Part shown: positions 34,133 through 47,439 of the stretch, piece by piece | Layout of the letters: every line of letters starts with the position of its first letter | How positions within the stretch are numbered: the stretch's first letter is position 1 | Source of the DNA: Macrostomum lignano | Taxonomy: Eukaryota | Direction: 5' to 3' | Assembly (NCBI GenBank): GCA_002269645.1 | Contig: NIVC01004429.1 | Span: 14,990-78,989, forward strand | Length of the DNA stretch: 64,000 nucleotides | Made by a program: the position numbers and the translations under genes | Notes under the pieces: generated by a model | The model's database searches: none | The model's input: only the letters and a program-made list of their open reading frames with translations | What the model was told of the DNA's origin: nothing

Positions 34133-35307
34133 TTTGATTGATACAAACTAAAATATAGTTTACACCCAGGTTGAAACTATCGTCAATTTCTCACACAAAA
34201 CTTGATACCCTGAAATTGTGGGGCAGAGTTGGAAAACCTGCTTCAAAAGCACGCGCATCCATTCGTGTTTACTCTGAGCATTTGTCTTGGCTGCAATTGT
34301 GCAGGTGAGACAGAAAGAGGGCTCATAGTTAGCATGGTGTTGTAGCCAGGGCGAGACAAAATTCATGCCCCTCAAATCCTGCCATTTGTTGGCCACCCGA
34401 ATGGAATGCGCAACAATGATTCACTGGCGCAGGGTATAACAGGGAATGCTGAGCCTAAGAAAAACACACATACACACACAGACGCCTCTGCCCCACTATT
34501 TTTAGGCTCGCCGTCAGCCTCAGCAGTCAGCTGCAGAAGCGGTGCCAGCCGCCAACGATACCAGTGCAAGTGAGCAGGAAGATTCTTCAACTGAATCCCA
34601 GGACAGAGCTTCGCTGCCTACACTGGCTTGCACTGGTACGTCAAATTGCCTGCTTAACTTGAGCGAGCTCTAATTTCCTCTTTCAAATATATTTGTTTAT
34701 CTGTGCCAGTTTGGCCTTAACTAGCTAATTTGAATTCTTCCAAGCGTAGAAATTGGTTCGAAGTCATTCGAGTCTTCAACAGGACTTTCGATTCAACTGG
34801 TCCCCGTTGCACTGCTGGCCTGTTCATTGGTGCTTAGCTTTAGCCGCTGCACTATTTATGGGGTAAAATGAGACGCAGCAAGTAGCCAAGACTTTTCTCT
34901 GACTTTTAAGTCACCCGGATTCTTTCTGGCCGAAGCTCAGTTTCTAGCCAAATTTGACCTAAAATGGAATGTGGAAGTGACGAAATTTCTGGACAGCCTT
35001 TTTCCTTTTTAGCTAAATTTATTTTTCTTACCACCAAAATTTTTAGCTTGGGCATTTTCGCAGTATGCACCAATAATTATTCATAATGGCCATAAAAGTT
35101 ATTTGTATACCTCTTGGGGCTTGCCGGTTGACATAGTTTAGGATTTGCCGAATAAAACGCCAGCTCTGAAACGAAGTAATGAGCTCTTTAATTTAAATAA
35201 ATGACCGTAACTGCCTACTTGTAATAGTATATTAGAGACAATTTACCAGCTTTTATTCCGATCTATTGGAATTCATTTCAGACCAGCAGCAACAAGTCGA
35301 ACCTGCG

Positions 35308-38300
35308 ATGGCCGCGCCGTCAACCTGCAGCAACGGTGGCGACGTCATGGACGACCAGAAACGCTATTTGACCTTCAGCGACATAGCCAGTGGCATCGAC
35401 CCGGAGGCCACGCCAAATCAAGCTAAATCGGTTGTACGCTCAGAGACCATCGAATTCGAGTCCAGCCTAGATTTGGACAGATATCCGGGCTTAAGCGGCG
35501 TCGGGTCAGGCAGTAAAAGTGGCATGCTGCTCAAGGACGCCATCATGCGTCGTAGGCGCGAATCCGGAGCTAAAGTTCTCCGTCAGGAGGAAATTTCCTT
35601 CCTAGGTATCGTCCGCCGACGCGTTGAGCACACCTACGGTCGAGCTTCCAACTACCGGACACGTCAATTGTAGCTGTGACTCATCGCGAGGTGTATCACA
35701 GCACCGATCCGGAAGTGGAGGTAATCGTTACTCTGGCACAAGCTGCTCCATCTGGTGGGCTCAAAACCAAGATCGGCGATGACATTAGTGTGTCTGAGTT
35801 AGCTAGAGAAAACCGTTGGGCCAGCTTGATGCTCTCTAGCGATGGTTACTATGACGACCAGCTGTGCATGATGCTGCTCGGTTGTCACCGGTCGGGCCCA
35901 GCGCACCAAGAGGAGACAGTTGTAGAGCCGAATTCATCAGCCGCCGCTGAGGCTCAAGCCGACCCAAATGTTGTTGACACAACTCTTGCCTCGGAGATTA
36001 GCCTGCCGCATCCATTCGAGTACCAATCGATGTACGATGGAGACAAAGCCAGAAACGTTGATGAAGACAGCGAAGTGGTTGATCCGGTCGATAGAGAAGC
36101 ATTGGTGAGGCGAATCCTAGCTGACATTGATGCTTCGTACCGCTGCGGCTCCTGTGATTCTATTCGGCCAGACAATCGCCCAAGCGCAGTTGAAATCGGC
36201 GAGTTTTCTGTTGGCAGAGTTGGTGACCGAGCCCGGGTCATGTCAGCCTCAATGGATCACCTGGCTGTCACTGAGACTCGATCTCGACGCCGGATGCTCG
36301 CTTCGTCAGAGCGGTCCCAGGTGGCTGAGTCAGACTCAAATTTGGCGGCAAAGGTGGCTGCCGAAAAAACTTCCGCAAACACTTGCCAATTATCTAACGC
36401 TTCGAGCTCCAGTCTTGGCTACGATTCCCACTCGTCTGTTTACAGCTCAGTAAGCCGGGTCTCCCGGAAACTTTCCATGTCTGATCGCGTCTATCTTGAG
36501 GTTCTCAGCGACGAGAGCCAATTAGTTAGCGACGGTGAAGAGAATGGCGACGATAAGGAATCGATTAATCGATGCCAGACGCAAGAGTTCTCACTGCCTC
36601 CGACGTCTACATTCTCTGCTCTGGTTGATGAGCCTCATCATCAGAATCGAGAAAAGATTCAAGAGCAGCAGAACAATTCACAGCAGCAACAGCAGAAGCA
36701 GCTTCAGCGCTTATCTCGGGCAGAGGTGCTCAGCATGGACAGTTTCGAAACGGCTAGTGAAAAAACCACTGAACATACAAAGGACACCGTGGACACGAGT
36801 GTAGACCAAGCGTTTACAGCGTCAGTTTATGCTCGCCGACCATCCTTGTCACTTCCCGACTCTGGCGAACTTGCTCCTGCTGCTGCGCCAGCTATTGAAC
36901 AAGTTTATGGTCCCGCTAACAAGGACTATGGCGCTATAGTCCGCCAGCGAGCCAAGAAATTTGAGAGTGCTGCACCGAGGTACGGTTCGAGGACAGCTGA
37001 AGAGCGTCGCTCATATCAGGAACTGCAGGACACCGGCGCGGTGGCGCAGACAGCCCAGGTTCACAAGGCGTACATCAAGCAGCATGAGATGCAGCCGGCT
37101 CCTGGGCAGTTTTGCCTTGATGTTGAATCTGATTCTCAGGAAAGATTTGTTTACCAACGAAACCAAGATTTGGAGAGTAAAGAAAGAGTTGACGAGATTA
37201 CTCACAGTAGTAGAAGTGATCTATCAGCCATCGAACATGAGGCTATGATGATTAAAAGCAGCCTGAAATCGGCTCAAACATATCGCAGCCGTCCAAACAT
37301 AATACCATCTACCCTTGCTGGTCCGACTGCCGCTAACGAAAGTGCAGCGTCTGTCAGCAAAGGTGAACACCGAGCACAGGACGATTTGACACAGATTCTA
37401 TCCGCTAACATTGGCGATAGCTTTGCAGCAAAGGAATTGTCTTCTGTCGAAAATGCATCTTCCGTTAAGAGAGAGCAGCTTGAACCTAGCATGACTCCAA
37501 AGACGCCTGAGCCTAGCAAACAGGAGAATTTGGCGCCATTAGCATTAGAGGATACTGAAATTAGTGAAGAAAAAAGTTCCGCGGCTAAAGGCAGCACTCA
37601 AGCAACTAATATTCATCACATGATACCTACAAAGAAACCTATTTTATCGTCTCCTGTAAATAAAAAGTCCGCCTCTACTACTTCAGTTGCCGACCATCGG
37701 GGCCAAGAGGATCTGATTCAAATTCAACACACGTCAGGTACTGCCAGTGGGATTGAAATTTCAATCGTAGAAAACTCAGAAGCGACAGAAGAGACTCAGT
37801 TTAGTCCCAGCTTGTCTGAATCTGTGCTTGTTTGTCCAGCCGCTCCCAACGAAAGCATTTCTTTATCAGCAGCAACTGCAAGTCAGGAGCTAAGGGGTCA
37901 AGAAGATCTTACTTTGCATATTCCGTCAACCGTCTGCGTAGAAAATGAGATGGATAAAATTAGAAAATCAGATGAGCTAAAACTGCTCAGCCCCAGCTTG
38001 CCAACATCTGTTCGGGTTCGACCAACGGACCCAAAGTTCAAGGGCCAGGAAAATTTTATTGCGGGTACTCAGGTTTTAAATGCCACACTAAAGGATGAAA
38101 ACGAAGCTGACGAAGGCCAGTTTGGTTGCAGCTCAACATTTCCGGTTAAAGCTGTATCAAAAATTGGCTCTACATCTACATTCGCAGTCACTAAGCACCG
38201 GGGACAAGAGGATCGGATGCTTCGGATACCAGCGGCTGAAATTAGTGCTGAAGCATGCAAAGAGTCGGGCGGCAATGATGAGCAGTTTAACCCTCCTGAC

Positions 38301-41300
38301 TTGCTATCATCGATCCGCACAAACACTGCCGAGCAGCCTAGTGCCAGTAGTTCAAGTTCGTCCTCTCAGACAGACAGCGATTCCGAAACGGATGAAGAGG
38401 CGAGCGCCTACGGTGAAATTCCACGACAGGTAGCGCTCGGTCAGTCACTAATTTCGACGCCTCTCACTACGATTTCCGAGGAGCTGCCGTTGTCAAATCA
38501 GCCCAAAACTCTACAGCCTTCGGAGTCTATTGCTATTGTTGGACGTCATTCTGATTTGTCAAAAGAGCCAACAGTTCTTATTAGGCCGTCTGCTCCGCTA
38601 GTCAGGCTAGAAGACATGGAGCTGGCCTGCTCAAGCGTTGGCTCGCAGTCAGACGCCGGCTCCGGTACCGAATACGTGGAAGATGAAAGTTTTTCGAAGG
38701 CATCTAGTGCCACTTTTCAATTGGGACGCGGTTCAAGCGTTAGTACCCCCGAAAAAAGTCAAAGCAGCAATTTAACGAAGACAAGTGATGCTGATACAGC
38801 TCCTGCGAGCAAGTCATTAGGGAAAGAAACTCAGAAAAAACCTAACAAGTCTCGTAGCTTTTGTGGTAGAAATCGAATCAAGAAAACTACACCTAGCAAC
38901 AAGCCGGAGGAAGCTAGGGCTGCTGAGCATTTACAGAAGTCTGTTACTTCACAACCAGCATCGAAAGAGCAAAAGCCCAGGGCATCCGCTGACGACTCGC
39001 TGCAATGCTTGGAAGAAAGCTTTTCAATGACGCCTTCTGCAACACTTCAAGCAGGCCGCTTTGTAACCAGTCATTCCACTAGCAACAAGACAGTTGCTGC
39101 GGGCACTGAGCAGAAATCGGTTCCAGTCCCTAAATCAAGCCAATTAAATTCAGCTGCTGCAGCCACTAAGACAACTGATGATAGCCTTCAACAAACACAA
39201 AAAGAGGAGTCCAAATCTTGCGGTTCGCCATCATCTACCGGCAAGTCTCGAAGCTTTAGTAACAGAAGTCGCGTTAAGAAAAGCACACCTGGCAACAATT
39301 CAGATGTTAAGAGCACTGAACAGGTGCAAAAGTTAGTTTCGGTGCCCGGATCTAATGAGTTAAAAGCAAGCGCCACACCCTCCATTGAGGAGTCTTGCAA
39401 TTCAACAAAGTCTCAGGAAGACCAGAATCTAGCCGCTGAGAGGCCGAGCAAAAAGGCGATCAAGTCCTCCTTTAGATCTAAGAAGACAACAGGCTCAGTA
39501 TCACCGACATCGCCACTAGTTGAAGATGATGGTAAGAAGGCTGATCAGCAAAAGCCCGAACATCAAATGAACTCTATTGTACCGATCGAAGACAACATTG
39601 AAGCATTAAGTTTTTCGCAATTCGCCAGTCTTATGCTTCAATCGCACAGTGATATCGCGATCGAAAGCAGCAATAGCTTGCAGCTGCAGTGTCAGCAGCC
39701 GTCTCTGCATAGATCTCCCTGCAACAGCGCCTGTGCTATGAATGACAGTCTAAAACAGCCGGAGTTAATAGCGTTTGCTACGTCCACCTCGGCACTTAAG
39801 CAGAACATCAGGAACAGTAATGTTGGATCAGTCAACTGCACAGCAGATATTGCTTCCGTCGAGGCGCTATCTTTTGCACCAAAAAGACCACTGCGGCTTT
39901 GTAGTCACATGGAGCCAAGTGTGCTACCAATTGCTACCCATCGCCAGCAGCTGCCGCAGCTACCAGTCCCACGCCCCAGCCTCGACGCTTTAAATTCAGC
40001 CGGCGAAGGCAGTCACAAAAGAAGCTTAGCAAAACATCATCGCCGTCGTCGTCGCCGCCTGTTGAACGCTCGTCGACTTTACCAATGCCATCTCCATTCT
40101 CACCGAAGTCACCATCGTCAACGCTGTCTTCGTCATGGCCGGTAACACAGGATGACTCGAAACCCGACAGTAATCAGCAACAGACGCCAGTCTATTCGCG
40201 CCAGGAGACGGGCGAATTTTATTTGCGAACTTCCGACGGCGAAGAGAATACAGGCGTCGAAGACGACACTAGGTCTTCAGCCGTTGGCGCAGCCGTCACG
40301 CCTCTGTCATCACTCACTCCTGCTAGTTCGCCATCGCCAACGCCGTCGCCTTCGCTTCCGTCGCCGACGGGCTTCGCTGGCATTGTCAACAATCCTCTGT
40401 CGGCTTCGTCAGATGGTGAGCTACAATTTGAGGGCTATATTAAATTAGAACCGAACCTATGTAACCGCTCCTATTTTGTTTCATTAGAATCGGAAGAAAA
40501 TGACATGGCATCCATCGGTGACAGCGAACTGCCAGGTGCTCAATCCGTTGAGGCAAGCTCCGACAAGCCGATAGAGCGTCAGGGTGCGGCGGCTACGGTA
40601 ACACCAGCAGCGGCGGCCTCCAAGTCGCTGCCGCAGCCGCTGCCAGCCGATCCGTTCGGTGCCGGCGCTATCGACTTCCTGCTAGCCTGTTTGAATCGGC
40701 GCGAACTGCCGAACCAGCCAGTGGTCGCGACCCGATCAAATCCGTATCTCAGTGTGACACCTGCCGCCGCCGCTGGTCCGACAGGCGTCAATCCAGCTGC
40801 CTCTGCGTCAATGGACGAGCTCAACCGTCGGGCTTATCTGTCCAAGGGCATCGTCGACGTCAAACAGCAGCCGCGTCATCGACGCCGGATTCGTCGACGC
40901 CGACACCGGCTTGGCGGCGGCTCCTACTACCGGCACAGCTCGTCCGCACTGTCTCTGCTGCGCGAACCGTCCTACCTGGCGCTGGCTCTGTCCATCCGAC
41001 GCCGGCACGAAACGCCGTCCCCTAAACGATCAAGAAGCTACGTACGTTACAATACCGAGGATACGGACGAGGGCGAAGCTGACGACGGCGAGGATGTGAA
41101 TGAGTCGGACGATTACGAAGAGGAGTACAGCTACTATCAGCAGCAGTCCTATTACTACGGACAGACGGAGGCAGATCGGCGTGCCCAGGTAGCTCGGCAG
41201 CTTCATAAGCAGCGTCGGGCTCGCTCAATGCCGATTCCCGGACCGGAGGAGGTCGGCGGCGAAGTTGACGGTGAGGAAGCGGCCGGGGCGACGCTGTGGC

Positions 41301-41401
41301 CGTACGGCCGGCGTCGTAGACGACAGCGGCGTCAACGTCGCAAAGGTCGACGCGCGGTGTTCCTGTCGGCGGCCAATCTGGTGTATGAGACCAGCCTGTA
41401 G
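35308..41401 (+). CDS. Very large (~1,900-2,000 aa) S/E/T-rich low-complexity protein in three ORF segments joined by probable short introns or assembly indels
   Basis: Acceptor CATTTCAG at 35281 and ATG at 35308. Segments of ~120, ~1,400 and ~490 codons are each offset by -1. A 68-nt intron at 35606-35673 restores the first junction. Ends LVYETSL*. Confidence 0.75.
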
Positions 41402-41664
41402 GGGGGTACTGCGGTTTTGAATTCAAATCCAATATTTCCGAGTAAACTTTTGGTGTGCAAATTTTGTTAGGCTTTATAGTGTAAACATTCTTGTTTAAGC
41501 TTCTCAGTCACTCCGCATGTGAGATTTTCGAGTCGGTGTCTCTCTATAAGTGAGATTTTGCTGTCGCTGTCTCTTGAGGCGGTAGATTTTTACTGTAGTG
41601 CTACATGCATCTGTCTACTTTTGTGTTAAATTTTAAGCCACAATTTTCATGAATTTCTCATGAA

Positions 41665-41990
41665 GAAATCCCGTGGGGAATCCCTGCTATGATGTAAATT
41701 GGTGAAATCCGTGGCCGGGGAATCCCTGCTATGCTGTACATTGGGGAAATCCATGGGGAATCCCCGCTACAATGTACATTGTTGAAATCCGTGGCCGGGG
41801 AATCCCTGCCAGTGCTGTACATTGGGGAAATCCGTGGGGAATCCCCGCTACAATGTAAATTGTTGAAATCTGTGGCCGGGGAATCCCTGCCATGCTGTAC
41901 ATTGGGGAAATCCGTGGGGAATCCCCGCTACAATGTAAATTGTTGAAATCTATGGCCGGGGAATCCCTGCCATGATGTACATTGGGAAAC
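41665..41990. repeat. ~90-bp repeat with internal GAAATCCGTGG(CC)GGGGAATCCC subunits, about 3.5 copies
   Basis: Visible direct repeats. Confidence 0.85.
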
Positions 41991-42589
41991 CCTTAGGTAA
42001 TACCTGCTTTCATTGTAATGTTTCTGATAAGGAAGTTAATAGATATTATGTGATTACATATTATTGTAGCTTGTACTAAAAGGCCTATTGGCAATGCGTC
42101 ATTAAGTTATGCTAATATAAGTAGTTCATAGATCTTTTCTGGTACGAGCGTACAATAATATTTTCAATTCGTTTCTAACATTCCGTGCGATCTCGCAATT
42201 TTACTAATAGTAGTATATAGCTACACAGATGCTACAGACCAATGCTTAAACGGTGCAGCGCACAATTTCAATGCTGTGATTCGAATATCAGTGTTTTTCG
42301 GTCTTTTGCCATTAGTTTTTTCCGTATTACTAATATTTTACGCGCGACGATGTACAGCTGCGTATCTTTACATGTATCTCGATTTGACGTATTTAAGCTT
42401 TATTTACAAAGTCATTTCGATGTAGAATTGTTTTATTCCTTGGTCACTGGACAACCACACATTGTATTTCTGTATAATACAGCTATGCACTTTTGCATGC
42501 CGCCATTGATTTCGAATTTCGCTCCTCCAATGCCCTGATTTCTGTTGTTTAATCGAGGCAGTCTATTTATAGAGTTGATCACAATTGAC

Positions 42590-43000
42590 ATTGATCTATA
42601 GCCTTATTCTATAGCCTATATAGATCTATTCTTAGATCTATAGCCTTATTGGGGTGAGATTTTGGTATCTATAGCCCTATTGGGGTGAGATTTTGGTATC
42701 TATAGCCCTATTGGGGTGAGATTTTGAGATTTATAGCTTTATTGTGGTGACATTGTGATATCTATAGCCTCACTGGGGTGAGATTTTGATATCTATAGCC
42801 TTATTGGGGTGAGATTTTGAGATTTAAGCTTTATTGTGGTGACATTGTGATATCTATAGCCTCACTGGGGTGAGATTTTAAAATCTATACCCTGAGATTT
42901 TGAGATCGATAACCTGAGATTTCGAGATCGATAACCTGAGATTTTGAGATCGATAACCTGAGGTTTCGAGATCTATACCCTGAGATTTTGAGATTGATCA
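42590..43000. repeat. Degenerate arrays ATCTATAGCCTTATTGGGGTGAGATTTT and GAGATCGATAACCTGAGATTT
   Basis: Visible direct repeats. Confidence 0.85.
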
Positions 43001-44184
43001 TCTCCACCGGCTTTGAATTCGAGTTTTCACGTCAAATTAACGTTGAAAGATTTCGATTTAAATGATTTTTAAATAATACCACACGGTCAATAAAGCGTTT
43101 TTCTCCAATAACTTAGCTTGTACAAGCACGCACTGTAGCAACAGCTGACTAATGGTGTGATTGATCATTGCTTTAATCTCGGCAAACTAATTCCTATGTA
43201 TAGTTATACATCTATATTTATATTATAAATTTACTTCAAATTTCAGTCAAATGCATTCCCTATATTCAGGAGTATTAATATACGCCACAGAAGTTGATTT
43301 TTTAGACTTTAATATCCGTAATGTTGTTTGAACAAGTGTTCCGGTTTTATTATTATTTCATTAGCTGAAAAGTAATTTTAATTGGGTCGGTCCTTGCAGC
43401 GGCAGAAACTATTGATAATTCAACTGAAATATGAATTTTATAAATAATACGGAACTTTAACTACTACATGGGAAATGCAGGGTGTCAAAATTAGAATTGA
43501 CGTGTCATGACGTCCGCTATGACACTAAAGATACCCGGTATATAAGTTATTATGAGTGATAAGCTATAGCTATAATATGTAAAGCCTGCTTAAACGTGCA
43601 GTTCAGTCATTTCTGATTTCTCTCTATCATCGATAAATTGTCTGCTCTTATCAGCAACCACGAGAAGAGACAGAGAGTTGATGAAGAGAGATGGGGAGGC
43701 CATTAATCAGTTAGTCCAATATAAGCGATCTGTGTGCTGTGCTTTAACCTCCCCCCCCTTTAGCCCGCACGGTCGATTTGGATAAAGCCTAGTAGATGTA
43801 CTGTATGTAAATGCGGTGCCCAGGATCAGAGCATGCAGCCTCTCTCTCCCCCTGCTCCTAAGCCTCCCATCTCGCTGACATCAGCTATATAGATTTACTA
43901 ATTGCGACCTCTTCTCTGACCACATGCGAGTATTGGATCCCTACAGCACTGCAGAGCTGCGCTGAGGGCGGACTGTCTATCTCAATCTTAGCTATGTTTA
44001 GTCAATTATAATCGGTGATGGAGTTATAATACCTGATTTAATTAGCGTTTTATTAAAGCTAGACAATGTCCGATATCGTTCTCTAGAAATTCAAACAGTC
44101 GTTTCTGTATTATTGTTCTCATCAATCTTTACAGTAACCCCTTTTTGCCATAAAATCAATCCTGTCTCTGCCTTTCGGGGTCAC

Positions 44185-44800
44185 CCTGTCATTTCCCGAT
44201 CCTTCCGCTGTCACTCTTCCATCCTTCCGCTGTCACTCTTCCATCCTTCCGCTGTCACTCTTCCATCCTTCCGCTGTCACTCTTTCATCCTTCCGCTGTC
44301 ACTCTTCCATCCTTCCGATGTCACTCTTCCATCCTTCCGCTGTCATTTCCCGATCCTTCCGCTGTCACTCTTCCATCCTTCCGATGTCACTCTTCCATCC
44401 TTCCGCTGTCACTCTTCCATCCTTCCGCTGTCACTCTTCCATCCTTCCGCTGTCACTCTTCCATCCTTCCGGTGTCACTCTTCCATCCTTCCGCTGTCAC
44501 TCTTCCATCCTTCCGATGTCACTCTTCCATCCTTCCGCTGTCACTCTTCCATCCTTCCGCTGTCACTCTTCCTTCCGCTGTCACTCTTCCATCCTTCCGC
44601 TGTCACTCTTCCATCCTTCCGCTGTCACTCTTCCATCCTTCCGCTGTCATTTCCCGATCCTTCCGCTGTCACTCTTCCATCCTTCCGCTGTCACTCTTCC
44701 ATCCTTCCGCTGTCATTTCCCTGTCCTTCCGCTGTCATTTCCGTGTCCTTCCGCTGTCATTTCCCTATCCTTCCGCTGTCAGTTCCCTATCATTCCGCTG
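44185..44800. repeat. 22-bp minisatellite CCTTCCGCTGTCACTCTTCCAT
   Basis: Direct tandem iteration. Confidence 0.95.
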
Positions 44801-44981
44801 TCAGTGGCCTATCCCTCCAGAATAATTCAATGATAATTCCGGTATCCTTCCGAGTTTAATTAATCAACTTATCCCAGGTCATTAACTTCTGCACCTCCCC
44901 CCCCCAGAAAAGGTCGGGCAGAACTTTAATTTTAACCAAACATCAGCAGCGCTGGGGCGAAGGGTTCCATAGAAAGGAAGG

Positions 44982-45015
<34 letters not shown>

Positions 45016-45550
45016 CAATTGATAAGAGTAGAAGAACATGCTTCTCGGATCAATGGCCTGAGAATCGAGGCCAGGACTAGCAGGACGCTGCGCAGAGCGG
45101 GCTGGGGCCGCATCATGGCAAATCAGAATCGAGGCGCACATAAGCCTGAGGGGCTGGGAGAGGCAGGCAGAGAGACACAGAGGTTACTGGGGATCTGGCG
45201 TGTGTTTGGTAGCCTTGAGTTTGAGCTGGAAGGATGAAGGCGGAGGCCTAGCACGCGGATGATCGTTCCTTTTTCCTCCAGCCTTGCTCTCTCTGCCCCC
45301 CCCCCAGCTCCGCTCTCTCGTCGTGGATTTTGCGAGGAATCGCGCGAATCATACAGATAGAGAGAGAAAGAGGTCACAATATTGGCCTGGCCCTATAGCC
45401 TATAGCTTAACTCCAGGCTACCAATCTCTATATAGCGTTCCCGTTGCTAAAGCCCACTATTGCTCAGGCGACTGAGCTAACCAGTGCTATATTGTGCTTG
45501 GAAATTCAGACAGACTCCCTGCACCCGGGTGATTACTCCCGCCCGGAGCG

Positions 45551-45994
45551 ATGGAGCCGCAGATTCGCATCCAGCTGGAGCCGCCGGCTGAGGAGAGCGG
45601 CAAGGTGACGATCATTTCGCCGCCCGACATCGCCGGAGCCGCGCCGCCGGCAGTCGCTGGCGACACCGTCCAAGTTCGCCGCCAACTGTCGCCCAATTCG
45701 TCTACGTCGTCTCGATCCCGACGCTCCCGCTCGCTGCCCTCGGTGCACGAGGAGCCATCAGCGGGTGGATCGACTGCCGCAGGCGGCTGCGGCGGTGGCA
45801 GTGGCAGCGGAGTCGGGGTCGCCGATAGCGACGCCGCCGCTTCGCCCTGTAGTCGGCGCAAGCTGTCGGACTCGGTGCGTCGCCTCGCCATCGACACGAT
45901 GCCGGCGCCGGTGGACCCCAACGCTAGGCAGCGGCGTCGGTCGTTTGACGCTTCGGCTCTGCAAAATTTGAGCTCCATTCAAGAGACCGAATAA
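45551..45994 (+). CDS. Orphan 147-aa disordered protein rich in basic phosphorylation motifs
   Basis: GC-rich ORF with an in-frame TGA upstream and a candidate acceptor AAATTCAG at ~45509. Contains RSRSLP, RRKLS and RRRSF. Confidence 0.6.
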   Translation: MEPQIRIQLEPPAEESGKVTIISPPDIAGAAPPAVAGDTVQVRRQLSPNSSTSSRSRRSRSLPSVHEEPSAGGSTAAGGCGGGSGSGVGVADSDAAASPCSRRKLSDSVRRLAIDTMPAPVDPNARQRRRSFDASALQNLSSIQETE

Positions 45995-46499
45995 TGGGAT
46001 TTTTATCCTCCTACAATTAGTCTGCGTGCGAACTTACTACTAACTTTTTGTGTAAGAATGAGGCTCTTAGCATCTTCATATGTCTGGGTTCTCTGGAAGG
46101 GAATCAGCATCTTTAAAAGGTTGTCAGGCTTCTTTTAGAGGGTCTCGGCATCGTTTGAAGAGTGTCAGCGACTAGAAAAGATTGAGCAAATTTTTAAAAT
46201 GTCTCCAGTGTCAGTGTTTTTTTGAAGGCTGTCAGCATATCTACAGGGTGCCGGGGATTTCTATAAGGCTGTCGGAATCTCGGTAAAAGGCTTTAGCATC
46301 TTTATTGGGTGTCAGGGTTTTGTACTGGTAGAATGCACCAGACTAGCATCTCTAGAATGGTGTCAGAACATTTGGAAATGTTTTTGCGCATCTATAAGCT
46401 CTCTGGAGGGATGTCCGCATCTCAGCTTCTCTAGAAGGTGTTAGCACTTTTAGGATTATCAGCATCTCTATGATGTGTCAGGCTTCTCTAAAATTCTGT

Positions 46500-46815
46500 C
46501 AGCATAGAAGGGTGTCAGCATCAATAGAAGGGTGTCGGCATCAATAGAAGGGTGTCAGTATCAATAGAAGGGTGTCAGTATCAATAGAAGGGTGTCAGTA
46601 TCAATAGAAGGGTGTCAGTATCAATAGAAGGGTGTCAGTATCAATAGAAGTGTGTCAGTATCAATAGAAGGGTGTCAGCCTATCTATAAGTGTCAGCTTA
46701 TCTAGAAGTGTGTCAGCATCTATAGAAGTGTGTCAGCATCTATAGAAGTGTGTCAGCATCTATAGAAGGGTGTCAGCCTATCTATAAGAGTGTCAGCTTA
46801 TCTAGAAGTGTGTCA
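46500..46815. repeat. 20-bp minisatellite TAGAAGGGTGTCAGTATCAA
   Basis: Direct tandem iteration. Confidence 0.9.
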
Positions 46816-47439
46816 GTAATCTGAGTTCTCCAAGGGAAAACTCAGACATCACTGGTTCTTCAGTGATGGCCTCTGAGTTTTAAAATAAAATTCTTATCTA
46901 GCCAGATGTCAGTCGGAAAAACCCATTTGATTATATTTATCAACCATAGCTTCACGGACAGCTATAATACACTTGAATCTGTCTATGGCGATACCTCATT
47001 CAGCGCTGTGCAAAAAGTCAAATCTTTTTGCTTAGTTTTAAATCCCTCTCTGGGCCACGCGCCTCTATCCAGCAATGTAAAGCAGATTCCAAGCATTATT
47101 GAGTCAATCCTGTTTTATCATTTATCTGCCGTGATATTTATTTGCATTAATAAACCAGATGAAACTCGCTCATCCATAGTAGATACGAGCACCCGTGACA
47201 ACGTTTGTCACTTTGCTTGTGCTGCTTGTCAAATCTGTCACTGCACGACAGCTCGCGATTCATTTTTAGCAAGTTCTCTGCCGCCGGTATTTTATCTTCC
47301 CCCTGATCCCCTGACTAGACTGCCCTCCCAGATTTTTGTTCACTTTTGTGACGTGCTGCACCCGAGGCCCTTTCTGTGCACCTGCTGACCGGCTTCTCCG
47401 CCTCTGAGTTTATTCACTCTCCTGCACTTCTCTGCTTCC

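Noticed and set aside
39989-40057. In-phase slippery heptamer T TTA AAT plus a CGGCGA/TCGCCG stem as a programmed -1 frameshift
   Set aside because: Codon pattern (GCA GCT GCC GCA GCT) shows the downstream frame is already in use ~40 nt before the heptamer. The stem is short with a long loop. An intron or indel is simpler.
43700-43709. CCATTAATCA (reverse TGATTAATGG), an Exd-Dfd-type site
   Set aside because: A single isolated match 18 kb from the Hox gene, with no supporting cluster.
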